A DNA stretch of 32,000 nt from Nitratidesulfovibrio vulgaris str. Hildenborough (GCF_000195755.1 NC_002937.3:2400001-2432000), one strand, 5' to 3'; positions 7,645 through 16,880 are shown, counted from the first letter of the stretch. Numbers and translations are program-made. Notes: a model not told the origin generated them from the letters alone.

Positions 7645-8373
7645 CTAGCCCGCCGTGTCATCGTCCCCGCCAGCCTCATGCCGCGCGATGGCGGGCTGCG
7701 TGGCCCCACCCTGACCGCAGGCCCTTTCCTGATCATCATCTGCGGCAGCATCAAGGACAGAGGTGAGCACGGCCCCCCCGGTCATCTCCACCAGTGCCGC
7801 CTCGAACATGGCAAGACGTTCATGCGGCAGCGAGACCTCGAAGACGGCGTCGACACCGAAACGTTCTGCCACCGTCACCGCCTCGAACGTCGGCAGCAGC
7901 CGCTGGAAGAGCGTCACCTGCGTATAGTCGATGACCACCTCCACACGCACGGGAATGATGCGCTCACGCCGCGGCAACGTATCAAGACCTATGCGCACGA
8001 GGCCCTGATACGCCCGGACGAGGCCCCCGGTACCAAGCTTGACCCCACCGAAATATCGTGTCACCACCGCCGCCACCTCACCCACTCCGCCATGCAGCAG
8101 CATGGTCAGCATGGGCCGCCCCGCCGTGCCGTGCGGTTCACCGTCATCGCTGAATCCTACGCGGGCTGTGGCACCGGGTGCGCCCGCCGCGAAGGCCCAG
8201 CAATTGTGCGTGGCATCCGGGTGTTCACGCCGGATGGCCTGCACGAAGGCATGGGCCGAAGCCGTGTCGGGGGCATGTGCCAGCGTGACGATGAAGCGGC
8301 TACGGCGTATCGTCTCCTCCTCACGGTGGAAGACGCCGGGGGCGAGGTCTGGTATGGGGTAACGCGCACTCAT
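7645..8373 (-). CDS. yigZ: YigZ / IMPACT-family (UPF0029) protein
   Basis: Motifs RRSRFIVTLAH, HNCWAF, FSDDGEPHGTAGRPML and VTRYFGGVKLGTGGLVRAY match the YigZ N-terminal domain. I prefer ATG 8373 (MSARYPIP) because of its spacing to the SRF motif. ATG 8400 is an alternative start. There is an Asp-rich C-terminal tail. Confidence 0.85.
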   Translation of the reverse strand: MSARYPIPDLAPGVFHREEETIRRSRFIVTLAHAPDTASAHAFVQAIRREHPDATHNCWAFAAGAPGATARVGFSDDGEPHGTAGRPMLTMLLHGGVGEVAAVVTRYFGGVKLGTGGLVRAYQGLVRIGLDTLPRRERIIPVRVEVVIDYTQVTLFQRLLPTFEAVTVAERFGVDAVFEVSLPHERLAMFEAALVEMTGGAVLTSVLDAAADDDQERACGQGGATQPAIARHEAGGDDDTAG

Positions 8374-8455
8374 GAAGGCTGCCGTTAGCCTCCCCCGCAC
8401 GCCCGGTCAACCCGCAGCCACCCGTACAACACGTCGAAACGTCCAGCAGTACAGC

Positions 8456-11044
8456 ATGTCCAAAACGCTCATCATCGCCGAAAAGCCCTCCGTGGCCCGT
8501 GAAATCGCCCCCCTCGTCGGCGCACAGGGGCGCCGTGCAGGCTACCTTGAAGGCCCCGACCATCTGGTCAGCTGGGCCGTCGGACATCTTGTGGGCATCG
8601 CGGAACCCGAAGAACAGGACGAGGCATGGGCCGGACGCTGGACACTCGAGCAACTGCCCATGCTCCCCCCGCGCTTCCAGTTGCGCGTACTGCCCGAAAC
8701 GGCAGACCAGTTTTCCGTACTCCAGCGTCTGCTGCTGGACGACCGGGTGACCGGCATCGTCAACGCCACCGACGCCGGACGCGAGGGCGAACTCATCTTC
8801 CGGCGTATCTACCTCGTGGCGGGATGTGACAAACCGGTGCGCCGCCTGTGGGCCAGCGACATGACAGAGGAAGGTCTGCGCAAGAGCCTCGCAAGGCTAC
8901 TGCCCGACGAGGAGAAGCGTAACCTCGGCCTTGCCGCCTTCGCCCGCGCCGAAGCCGACTGGCTTGTGGGCATGAACTTCTCGCGCCTGTTCACCGTCAA
9001 ATCTGGCGGCCTCGTCTCCGTGGGGCGCGTCCAGACCCCCGTACTGTGCCTGCTGGCCGACCGCCGCCGCGACATCGAGCACTTCACCCCGCAGGACTTC
9101 TGGACCGTGGAGGCGACGTTCGACAAGAACCTCGATGCTGGCACGTCGACCGGCACAAGGCCGATGACGTCTCCCGCAGCCCGCAGCACCGTGCCCTGCC
9201 TCGCGGAATCCGGCCCTGCCACCGGCGATGCCCCTCCTGCACCCGACGGTGACAGGACAACACAGTCCGAGGCCCAGACAGACGAGGGAACGAAGCCCGA
9301 CGCGCAAGCAGACGCCCTTTCAGATGCCTCATCTGCCGCACCAGCAACATCCGCGCCGGACACTCCCGTCGCGTCGGATGTCCCCGATGCTGAAATCGCC
9401 GCCCCCGAAGCCGCCGCAAACGACGACAGGTTCCGTGGCGTATGGCACCGCCCCCCCGACCGCCGGGAGACGCGCGTGGACAGCGGCGAAGAAGCCGACG
9501 CCATCGCCACGGCATGCACCGGAAAGCTGGGCATCGTCGAATCCGTACAGGGTCGCGCAGGAACGCAACAGCCCCCCCTGCCCTTCGACCTGACGACTCT
9601 CCAGCGTGAAGCCAACACCCGCTTCGGCTACTCTGCCAAGGATACGCTGACCCACGCCCAGTCGCTGTACGAGACGCGCAAACTCATCACCTACCCGCGT
9701 ACCGACTCGCGCCACCTCACCAAGGAACTCTTCGGCGAGATTCTCAACCATTTGCGTGCGGTGCATCACCTCTACCCTGAAGAGACCATGCTCGCCGTAG
9801 GGCGCATCAAGTCGGGCAAGGCCAGATTCGCCTGCGTCGACGACCGCAAGGTCACCGACCACCACGCCATCATCCCCACGGCACGCAAGGGCAATCTGAC
9901 GCAACTTTCCGCACCTGAACGCAACATCTACGACATGGTCTGCCGCCGCACCATCGCGGCCTTCTGCCCCGAGGCGAAGTTCAGCACGTCCACCGTCACC
10001 GTCATGGTGGGCGAACACCCCTTCATCGCCAAGGGCAAGGTCTTCAAGGACAAGGGCTGGATGGTCGTCGAACCGTGGCGCACAGCCGAAGACACCCCCC
10101 TGCCCCAACTCCGCAAGGGGTCTAAGCTGCTCACCCTCGATGTGGGGCCAGTCAAACGCCAGACCAAGGCCCCGGCACATTTCACCGACGCCTCGCTACT
10201 CGCCGCCATGGAAACCGCAGGGCGGCTGGTCGAGGACGATGCGTTGCGACAGGCCATGAAGGAAAGGGGCCTCGGCACTCCGGCGACCCGGGCGCAGGTC
10301 ATCGAAACCCTCGTGGCCCGCGGCTATGTGGCGAAGCAGGGCAAGAAACTCGTCGCCACCGACCGGGGCATGCAGGTCGCGGAGACCGTCACCACCCTGC
10401 TGCCCGATGTGGCCTCGCCCGAACTCACAGGGCAATGGGAAAAACGCCTCAAGGACATCGAAGCCGGGGCCGACAGCTACCCCGCCTTCATGCGTTCCAT
10501 CCGCGAAAGCGTGTGGCACGGCGTCCATCGCATCCGCAACCGCGACATCCGCCCCCTGTTGCGCGACATCGCCGCGCGTAACAGCCGCCCGCCGGACGGG
10601 CGCTGCCCCCTGTGCGGTGGCGACGTCGTGGAGACGCCGCGCGGGTTCGCCTGCAAGGGCGACTCCAAGGGCAAGACAGAGGGTGACTCCACCGCCGCCC
10701 GCTGCCCGTTCATCATCTGGAAGGAGATGCACGGAAAGGCCATGGATGAGGACATCGTGCGAGAATTGCTCGCCAAGGGCCGCACAGCGGAGGCCTTCGA
10801 CCTCACATCCCGGCAGGGCAAGAGCTTCCGGGCGCACCTCGTCCTCGAAGGAGGACGGGTGGGCCTCGATTTCGTGCGCGACAGAACCCCCTTCCGCCGC
10901 GACGAAGACCCGCAACGCACCGTCCATGCTACGGGGGCACGCCCTGCCGCAGTCCCTGACGTCGACACGACTTCCGATGCACATCCCGGTGCGGATGATG
11001 CTTCCGCCCCCCTCACCGAATCTTCTCACGCTGAAGGTGGCTAA
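8456..11044 (+). CDS. topB: DNA topoisomerase III (type IA) with internal low-complexity insertion and C-terminal zinc-ribbon extension
   Basis: TOPRIM start MSKTLIIAEKPSVAREIA, then VSWAVGHL. Active-site tyrosine context is LITYPRTDSRHL. C-terminal CPLCGG...CPFIIWKEMHGK plus GKSFRAHLVLE repeat-like domain. At 862 aa it is far longer than canonical TopB. Confidence 0.92.
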   Translation: MSKTLIIAEKPSVAREIAPLVGAQGRRAGYLEGPDHLVSWAVGHLVGIAEPEEQDEAWAGRWTLEQLPMLPPRFQLRVLPETADQFSVLQRLLLDDRVTGIVNATDAGREGELIFRRIYLVAGCDKPVRRLWASDMTEEGLRKSLARLLPDEEKRNLGLAAFARAEADWLVGMNFSRLFTVKSGGLVSVGRVQTPVLCLLADRRRDIEHFTPQDFWTVEATFDKNLDAGTSTGTRPMTSPAARSTVPCLAESGPATGDAPPAPDGDRTTQSEAQTDEGTKPDAQADALSDASSAAPATSAPDTPVASDVPDAEIAAPEAAANDDRFRGVWHRPPDRRETRVDSGEEADAIATACTGKLGIVESVQGRAGTQQPPLPFDLTTLQREANTRFGYSAKDTLTHAQSLYETRKLITYPRTDSRHLTKELFGEILNHLRAVHHLYPEETMLAVGRIKSGKARFACVDDRKVTDHHAIIPTARKGNLTQLSAPERNIYDMVCRRTIAAFCPEAKFSTSTVTVMVGEHPFIAKGKVFKDKGWMVVEPWRTAEDTPLPQLRKGSKLLTLDVGPVKRQTKAPAHFTDASLLAAMETAGRLVEDDALRQAMKERGLGTPATRAQVIETLVARGYVAKQGKKLVATDRGMQVAETVTTLLPDVASPELTGQWEKRLKDIEAGADSYPAFMRSIRESVWHGVHRIRNRDIRPLLRDIAARNSRPPDGRCPLCGGDVVETPRGFACKGDSKGKTEGDSTAARCPFIIWKEMHGKAMDEDIVRELLAKGRTAEAFDLTSRQGKSFRAHLVLEGGRVGLDFVRDRTPFRRDEDPQRTVHATGARPAAVPDVDTTSDAHPGADDASAPLTESSHAEGG

Positions 11045-11098
11045 CGCCCCTACGTCTCTGCCACGATACCTGTCCCGGCATCTGTCTGCCCAGAATCT

Positions 11099-11134
11099 AG
11101 CCCTCCGTGCACTACGGGGGGCTCACTTCTTTTC
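11099..11134 (+). terminator. Rho-independent terminator of topB
   Basis: Stem AGCCCTCCGT (11099-11108) / ACGGGGGGCT (11114-11123) with one U-G pair, followed by CACTTCTTTTC. Confidence 0.65.
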
Positions 11135-11333
11135 GTTCTACTCGACAATATGCCGATACATGTGTCCAACAACCTGTAACCATTCTGATATAACCAGCCC
11201 TCAAAAAGCGATTACTCGCTGACTATTTTCTGAAAATGAGGGCTATCCCCCATGCCATACCCCAGGGAGATATGCTAGACAGGCTGCTCTTCTGTTCCGG
11301 GAACCAGTCAACTAACGTATCAGGATCGAAAAG

Positions 11334-13103
11334 ATGAACACGACTCGCACCATCGGCCTGCGGACCAAGCTCCTCACGGCTTTTCTTTTGGGCTCTTGTA
11401 TCACCCTCACCATCGCCATGATCGGCATCAACAGGCTTCATGCCCTCGACGTCGCAGATACTAGACTCTACGAACGCATGACCGTACCCCTCGACGCCAT
11501 AGGCAACGCTGCCGTGGCCTTCCAGCGCACCCGTATCAACATGCGCGACGCCCTCAACGCACCGACCGAGGCCGAACGGGCAAAAGCACGCGAGACCATC
11601 CGTGGCCTTCGCGGCACCTTGGACAAGGACCTTGCCATTTTCGGGAAGGCTCTCGACTCGGAATCCGAACGCAGGGACTTTGATACCTTCGAGAAGACCC
11701 GACAGACCTATCAGGCGCTGATGGACAAGGTCTTCCTGCTTCAGGAATCTGGCCAGCACGATGAGGCCGTATCCATCGTCAATGGAGAAGGACGCGACCT
11801 TGCCCACAGATATCAGGAGCTTCTTGACAAGCTCGTGCAGGCGAAGGTCTCAGCGGCAAGACAGACCTCCACGGACAACTCCGACCTCGCTGACAAGGCC
11901 ACGGCCCTCATGTATCTGCTCACCGCCCTCGGTCTGCTGGTCTCCGTGGGGTCGGGCCTGTTGCTCACCCGCAACGTCATGAACCAGCTGGGTGAAGACC
12001 CGGGCTACCTTGCACAGGTCGCGGGCGAAATCGCCTCCGGCAACCTCGACGTCCGGTTCCGGGAACAGAAAAGGGAAGGCGGCGTCTACCATGTCATGCG
12101 TGGCATGGTGCAGACCATGAAAGACAAGATTACAGAGGCTGAAGCGCAGACCGCCGAAGCCGCCGAACAGGCGCGACTTGCACGCATCGCCACCGACGAG
12201 GCCAACGCAGCCAAGACGGCGGCGGAACGCGCAAGGGCTGAAGGGATGATGCACGCGGCACAGCAGCTGGACAAGGTCGTCGAGATCGTGAGCAGTGCCA
12301 GCGAAGAACTCTCCGCACAGATAGAGCAGTCCAGCCGTGGCGCGGAAGTCCAGTCGCAACGCGTGGCCGAGACAGCCACGGCCATGGAGGAGATGAACGC
12401 CACAGTCCTTGAGGTGGCGCGCAACGCCTCACAGGCTGCCGACTCGTCCGCAGAGGCGCGCGCCAAGGCCGTAGCGGGTTCCGACGTGGTGACGCAGGCC
12501 GTGGCGAGCATCCGTTCCGTCCAGACCGTGTCTCTGGCACTCAAAGAGGATATGGCAGCACTGGGCAAACAGGCCGAAGGCATAGGCCGCATCATGAACG
12601 TGATCAGCGACATCGCCGACCAGACCAACCTGTTGGCCCTCAATGCCGCCATAGAGGCGGCGCGGGCTGGCGACGCCGGACGCGGCTTCGCCGTTGTCGC
12701 CGACGAGGTGCGCAAACTGGCCGAAAAGACCATGGCTGCGACGCAGGAGGTGGGTGACGCCATCCGCGGCATCCAGCAGGGTGCGGCACGCAACATGGAG
12801 CACGTGGAGAACACGACGACCACCATCCATCAGGCCACCGAACTGGCAGGGCAGTCCGGGACCGCCCTTGAGGAGATCGTCCGCCTTGTGGAGGTCGCCA
12901 CCGATCAGGTTCGCAGCATCGCCGCAGCCAGCGAGGAGCAGTCCGCAGCCAGCGAGGAGATAAGCCGCAGCGTGGACGAGATCAATCGCATCTCGGGCGA
13001 GACGTCGAGCGCCATGAACCAGTCGGCGCAGGCCGTGGGAGAACTCGCGGCACAGACGCACAGCCTGCGCGGGCTCATCGACAGGATGAAGACCGGAGGT
13101 TAG
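11334..13103 (+). CDS. Methyl-accepting chemotaxis protein with four-helix-bundle type N-terminal sensor, HAMP and MA domain
   Basis: TM1 is [20 protein letters not shown], followed by a helical periplasmic region. TM2 is [20 protein letters not shown], followed by a HAMP domain. The signalling hairpin is [39 protein letters not shown]. The C-terminal roughly 300 aa are paralogous to the MCP at 1206-3293 and also similar at the DNA level. Confidence 0.92.
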   Translation: MNTTRTIGLRTKLLTAFLLGSCITLTIAMIGINRLHALDVADTRLYERMTVPLDAIGNAAVAFQRTRINMRDALNAPTEAERAKARETIRGLRGTLDKDLAIFGKALDSESERRDFDTFEKTRQTYQALMDKVFLLQESGQHDEAVSIVNGEGRDLAHRYQELLDKLVQAKVSAARQTSTDNSDLADKATALMYLLTALGLLVSVGSGLLLTRNVMNQLGEDPGYLAQVAGEIASGNLDVRFREQKREGGVYHVMRGMVQTMKDKITEAEAQTAEAAEQARLARIATDEANAAKTAAERARAEGMMHAAQQLDKVVEIVSSASEELSAQIEQSSRGAEVQSQRVAETATAMEEMNATVLEVARNASQAADSSAEARAKAVAGSDVVTQAVASIRSVQTVSLALKEDMAALGKQAEGIGRIMNVISDIADQTNLLALNAAIEAARAGDAGRGFAVVADEVRKLAEKTMAATQEVGDAIRGIQQGAARNMEHVENTTTTIHQATELAGQSGTALEEIVRLVEVATDQVRSIAAASEEQSAASEEISRSVDEINRISGETSSAMNQSAQAVGELAAQTHSLRGLIDRMKTGG

Positions 13104-13124
13104 ACCCCTCGGCATACATATGCA

Positions 13125-13156
13125 AAGGGCGCGGCATCCTCGGGTGTCGCGCCCTT
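13125..13156 (+). terminator. Terminator hairpin of second MCP gene
   Basis: 9-bp GC-rich stem AAGGGCGCG (13125-13133) / CGCGCCCTT (13148-13156), 14-nt loop, followed by GTCGTTC. Confidence 0.6.
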
Positions 13157-13644
13157 GTCGTTCAACCGCCCTGTGGTTGGCAGTGGCGAGAGTCCTAGGA
13201 GGGTCATGCACCGCGCCGGGGTCCCGCCTCTGGCAGAACACGGCTAGGGGAGACTGCATGCTACGCCGGGGTGGCAGGCCTTCGGCCTGTCATCTCCCCC
13301 GCCACGGCCGCACCGGGAGGGAGACATCATCCCTCCGCAGGGGGCAATGCGTTCTGACAGGGACCGCCCCCTCCCCGAAGCATGGACCGAAAGGCGACGG
13401 CGCCCTGTCCCGCAGTACACGCCTGAGAAGTCATAGTCTCGTGCGAAACGCATGACGCCAGACTTCGCGTTCCGTCTTCACGTGCGGGAAAGGCCCGGCA
13501 GCAGGCCTCGGCCAGCATCTCAGCGACAACGTCGTCGCCGCTGACGCGAACACACCATACCCAGACATGCCGGTCAAAGTGTCGCACGGGCTTCCTCTTT
13601 TACGCTACATGTGCTGTTATGACGAATAAACTTCAAAAAAAGCC

Positions 13645-13673
13645 TTTACAAACCTCCGTCTGTTTCATAAATA
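13645..13673 (+). promoter_or_regulatory. Sigma70-like promoter of rubrerythrin gene
   Basis: TTTACA (13645-13650), 17-nt spacer, TAAATA (13668-13673). It lies in the only AT-rich patch of this intergenic region, about 40 nt upstream of SD AAGGAG and ATG 13715. Confidence 0.5.
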
Positions 13674-13688
13674 GGAATCGTTCCTGTT
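13670..13688. promoter_or_regulatory. Inverted repeat AATAGGAA-TCG-TTCCTGTT overlapping the -10; candidate PerR/Fur-family operator
   Basis: 8-bp arms with one mismatch around a 3-nt centre, overlapping the predicted -10 and start site. Rubrerythrin genes of Desulfovibrio have been predicted to be PerR-controlled. The assignment is by inference. Confidence 0.45.
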
Positions 13689-13714
13689 ATTAAAAAACAA
13701 GTAAGGAGAACATA

Positions 13715-14209
13715 ATGTCCAAGACCCATGAGAACATGATGGCTGCTTTCGCCGGTGAGTCCCAGGCCAACCGCAAGTACCTCGCCTTTGCCCGTCAGGC
13801 TGAGAAGGAAGGCCTGCCGCAGGTCGCCAAGCTGTTCCGTGCCGCCGCCGAAGCCGAGACCATCCACGCCCTCGCCCACCTGCGCAATGCGGGCAAAATC
13901 GGTTCCACCGCCGACAACCTCAAGTCCGCCATCGAGGGCGAGACCTACGAATTCACCAAGATGTACCCCGAAATGATCACTGAAGCCGAAGCCGAAGGTG
14001 AAAAGGTCCCCGGCCGCTACTTCGGCTGGGCCAATGCAGTGGAAGAAGTGCATGCCAATCTTTACAAGAAGGCCCTTGCCGACCCCGCCGCCCTGCCGGA
14101 AGTGGACTACTATGTCTGTTCCGTATGCGGATACACCCACGAAGGCCCGCACGACGGCAAGTGCCCGGTGTGCAACGCAGCCCCTTCCGCCTTCTACAAG
14201 GTCGACTAG
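13715..14209 (+). CDS. rbr: Rubrerythrin (short form, 164 aa)
   Basis: Diiron four-helix-bundle ligand motifs: EGESQANRKY, AEAETIHALAH, GETYEF and VEEVHANLY. C-terminal rubredoxin-like CSVCGY-N12-CPVCNA. Strong SD AAGGAG. Confidence 0.93.
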   Translation: MSKTHENMMAAFAGESQANRKYLAFARQAEKEGLPQVAKLFRAAAEAETIHALAHLRNAGKIGSTADNLKSAIEGETYEFTKMYPEMITEAEAEGEKVPGRYFGWANAVEEVHANLYKKALADPAALPEVDYYVCSVCGYTHEGPHDGKCPVCNAAPSAFYKVD

Positions 14210-14261
14210 TCTTCCGGCGGTGGCGCAGCCGCGCGCCGCAACAGCCTTCTCCTCACTGCCC

Positions 14262-14296
14262 CTGCGGGTCGGCATCCATGCGATGTCGGCCCGCAG
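14262..14296 (+). terminator. Terminator-like hairpin downstream of rbr
   Basis: 14-bp stem CTGCGGGTCGGCAT (14262-14275) / ATGTCGGCCCGCAG (14283-14296) with two G-U pairs on the plus-strand RNA. No U-tract. Confidence 0.5.
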
Positions 14297-14334
14297 CCGC
14301 GTTGCGGGCATGTCGCCCATGACCGGGGTGGCGG

Positions 14335-14991
14335 ATGTCCCGCCCTCGACAAGGCCCGGACGTTGGCATATCTTCGGGCATCATCATGCTGCTCACCGTC
14401 CGCGCCGAAAGCGCCCCTCTTATCGACTTCCTGCGAACGGGCCTCGCCCCTGAAGGGGTGCGGGTGCGCAGCATTGCGCCCGATGCCCCGGCCCCCATCG
14501 AAGGGGGGGCACTGCTGACGACAGACCCTGAAGAACCCGGGCGTGTACCGCACCTGTGTGCCGTACTCCTGCTTGACCGCGACACGCCAACGCCCAAGGG
14601 TCGCGACGCACCGCCCGTGCTGCGGATGCCCTTCTCGCTTGGGGCACTCTGTGACGTGCTTCGTGCGGCTGGCTGCCATCCTCTTGCGGGACCGAACACA
14701 CTGGCAGCCGGAGAGTTGACCCTCGCCCTCGACACCGGACGCGTCACACGCGACTACGGCATACTTGCCTTGCACCCGCAGGAACGCTACCTGCTTGAAA
14801 GGTTGCTGCGTCAGCCCGGTCGCGTCCTGCACCGGGCCGACATCGGACCGTGGTGCTTCGATTACGAGGCACCCCCGCGCCCGGGGCAGATAGACGTGCT
14901 GGTCTCACGCCTGCGCCGCCGCCTCGACAGGAACTTCGAACGCCCCATGCTCCACACCATGCGTGGCGTGGGCTATGTGCTGCATCCCTGA
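14335..14991 (+). CDS. OmpR/PhoB-type winged-helix transcriptional regulator with degenerate (pseudo-)receiver domain
   Basis: The C-terminal Trans_reg_C pattern is LALDTGRVTRDYGILALHPQERYLLERLL.QPGRVLHRADI...IDVLVSRLRRRLD....MLHTMRGVGYVLHP. The N-terminal roughly 110 aa have receiver-like beta/alpha spacing but lack the acidic DD pocket and the conserved Lys (RMPF instead of KPF). The start is uncertain between ATG 14335 and ATG 14386. Confidence 0.75.
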   Translation: MSRPRQGPDVGISSGIIMLLTVRAESAPLIDFLRTGLAPEGVRVRSIAPDAPAPIEGGALLTTDPEEPGRVPHLCAVLLLDRDTPTPKGRDAPPVLRMPFSLGALCDVLRAAGCHPLAGPNTLAAGELTLALDTGRVTRDYGILALHPQERYLLERLLRQPGRVLHRADIGPWCFDYEAPPRPGQIDVLVSRLRRRLDRNFERPMLHTMRGVGYVLHP

Positions 14992-15016
14992 CGATGCGCC
15001 CCATCCGGAGAACAAC

Positions 15017-16855
15017 GTGACCTACAGAAATCTCTCGAGTTGCCTCATCGACCTCGAACGCAACGGGCATCTCATCCGCATCGACACCGAGGTCGACGCC
15101 CGTCTCGAACTGGCCGCCATCCAGCGGCGCGCCTTCCGCGCCAAGGCCCCCGCCATGCTTTTCACGCGGGTGAAGGGATGCCGCTTTCCCATGGTCGCCA
15201 ACCTCTACGGAACCCGCGACCGCATCCGTTTCATCTTCCGCGATACGCTGCGCGCCGTGGAGGGCATCTTCCGCCTCAAGATAGACCCCTTCGACCTCTT
15301 CAGGCATCCGCAACGCTATCTCGGTGTTCCGCGGTCGCTGTGGGGAATGATGCCCCGGACGGTACGCCGCGGCCCGGTGCTCGAATGCCGCACCACGGTG
15401 CGCGAACTGCCTCAGCTGGTATCATGGCCCATGGATGGCGGCGGCTACGTCACCCTGCCACAGGTGTACACCGAAAGCCCCGACCGTCCCGGCTTCATGC
15501 ACTCCAACATGGGCATGTACCGCGTCCAGCTCACGGGCGACCACTACGAACCCGACCGCGAGGTGGGGCTGCACTACCAGATACACCGCGGCATAGGCTA
15601 TCACCACGCGGAGGCACTACGTCGCGGCGAACCGCTGCGCGTCAACATCTTCGTGGGCGGGCCGCCAGCCATGACCGTCGCTGCCGTCATGCCCCTGCCT
15701 GAAGGCATCGCCGAAGTACTCTTCGCCGGGGCCTTGGGCGGATTCCGCATCCCCATGATACGTCGCGCTGGCGGTCTGCCCATTCTCGCAGAAGCCGACT
15801 TCTGCATCTCGGGCACCATCGCCCCCCACCAGAAGCCGGAAGGGCCCTTCGGTGACCACCTCGGCTACTACAGCCTCGCCCACGACTTTCCTGTACTGCG
15901 GGTCGATGCCGTCCACCACAGGCGTGACGCGGTGTGGCCCTTCACCACCGTGGGGCGCCCTCCGCAGGAGGACACGGTGTTCGGCGAGTTCATCCACGAA
16001 CTCACCGCTGCGCTGGTACCGCAGGTCTTCGCCGGGGTGCACGAGGTGCATGCCGTGGACGCAGCGGGCGTGCATCCGCTTCTGCTGGCCGTGGGCAGCG
16101 AACGGTATGTGCCCTACGCCGGGGAACGCCAGCCGCAGGAACTCATCACATGCGGCATGGCATTGCTGGGCAACACCCAGACCTCGCTCTCGAAATACGT
16201 CATCATCGGGGCACGCGAAGACGACCATGACCTGTCGGCCCACGACATCCCGGCTTTCTTCACGCACATGCTCGAGCGCACCGACTTCTCGCGCGACCTG
16301 CACTTCATCACCCGCACCACCATCGACACCCTCGACTACACGGGCATCAGCCTCAATCAGGGGTCGAAGGTGGTATGGGCCGCCGCAGGGTCTCGCCGCC
16401 GCGACCTCGCCGACACCCTGCCCGAGACGCTGACGCTGCCCGACGGCTTCGGCAGCCCGCGCCTGTTCCACAAGGGCATCGTCGTGTTGCGCGGCCCACG
16501 GCATACAGCCCGTCGTGACGAACACGACCCGGCCATGGAACGGCTGGCACAGAGTCTTGACGATGTGCGCGGACTCTCCGGCGTCCCCCTGTTCGTTGTC
16601 GTGGACGACGCCGACTTCACGGCTGCCGACTGGGACAACTTCCTGTGGGTGACCTTCACACGCTCCGACCCCGCCACCGACCTCTACGGTGTGGGGGCGT
16701 CGACCCACTGCAAGCACTGGGGGTGCCGCGGGCCCCTCATCGTCGACGCACGCCTCAAGTCGTTCCATGCCCCGGCACTGGAGACCGACCCCGAGGTGGA
16801 ACGTCGCGTCGATGCGCTGGCAGCCCCCGGCGGGCCGCTTCACGGCTATCTCTAG
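15017..16855 (+). CDS. UbiD-family (prFMN-dependent) decarboxylase, long form
   Basis: GTG 15017 is preceded by GGAG (15007-15010), 25 nt after the regulator's stop. N-terminus TYRNLSSCLIDLERNGHLIRIDTEVDARLELAAI, then MGMYRVQL and GPFGDHLGYY, are typical UbiD signatures. Confidence 0.88.
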   Translation: MTYRNLSSCLIDLERNGHLIRIDTEVDARLELAAIQRRAFRAKAPAMLFTRVKGCRFPMVANLYGTRDRIRFIFRDTLRAVEGIFRLKIDPFDLFRHPQRYLGVPRSLWGMMPRTVRRGPVLECRTTVRELPQLVSWPMDGGGYVTLPQVYTESPDRPGFMHSNMGMYRVQLTGDHYEPDREVGLHYQIHRGIGYHHAEALRRGEPLRVNIFVGGPPAMTVAAVMPLPEGIAEVLFAGALGGFRIPMIRRAGGLPILAEADFCISGTIAPHQKPEGPFGDHLGYYSLAHDFPVLRVDAVHHRRDAVWPFTTVGRPPQEDTVFGEFIHELTAALVPQVFAGVHEVHAVDAAGVHPLLLAVGSERYVPYAGERQPQELITCGMALLGNTQTSLSKYVIIGAREDDHDLSAHDIPAFFTHMLERTDFSRDLHFITRTTIDTLDYTGISLNQGSKVVWAAAGSRRRDLADTLPETLTLPDGFGSPRLFHKGIVVLRGPRHTARRDEHDPAMERLAQSLDDVRGLSGVPLFVVVDDADFTAADWDNFLWVTFTRSDPATDLYGVGASTHCKHWGCRGPLIVDARLKSFHAPALETDPEVERRVDALAAPGGPLHGYL

Positions 16856-16880
16856 CCGCCAGCACCACCAGAGATATAAC

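Noticed and set aside
11152-11159. GCCGATAC resembling the sigma28 (FliA) -10 element GCCGATAA upstream of the second MCP. There is also an 8-bp inverted repeat AGCCCTCA/TGAGGGCT at 11196-11244.
   Set aside because: No TAAA-type -35 element lies at the required 15-nt spacing (the sequence there is TCGT). The site is about 180 nt from the start codon. The inverted repeat has a 33-nt loop and short arms. This is insufficient for a promoter or operator call.
13327-13587. 86-aa minus-strand ORF in the MCP/rbr gap
   Set aside because: It has no SD, mixed codon bias and mostly non-protein-like sequence. It is mentioned only as a possible gene relic in the gap finding.
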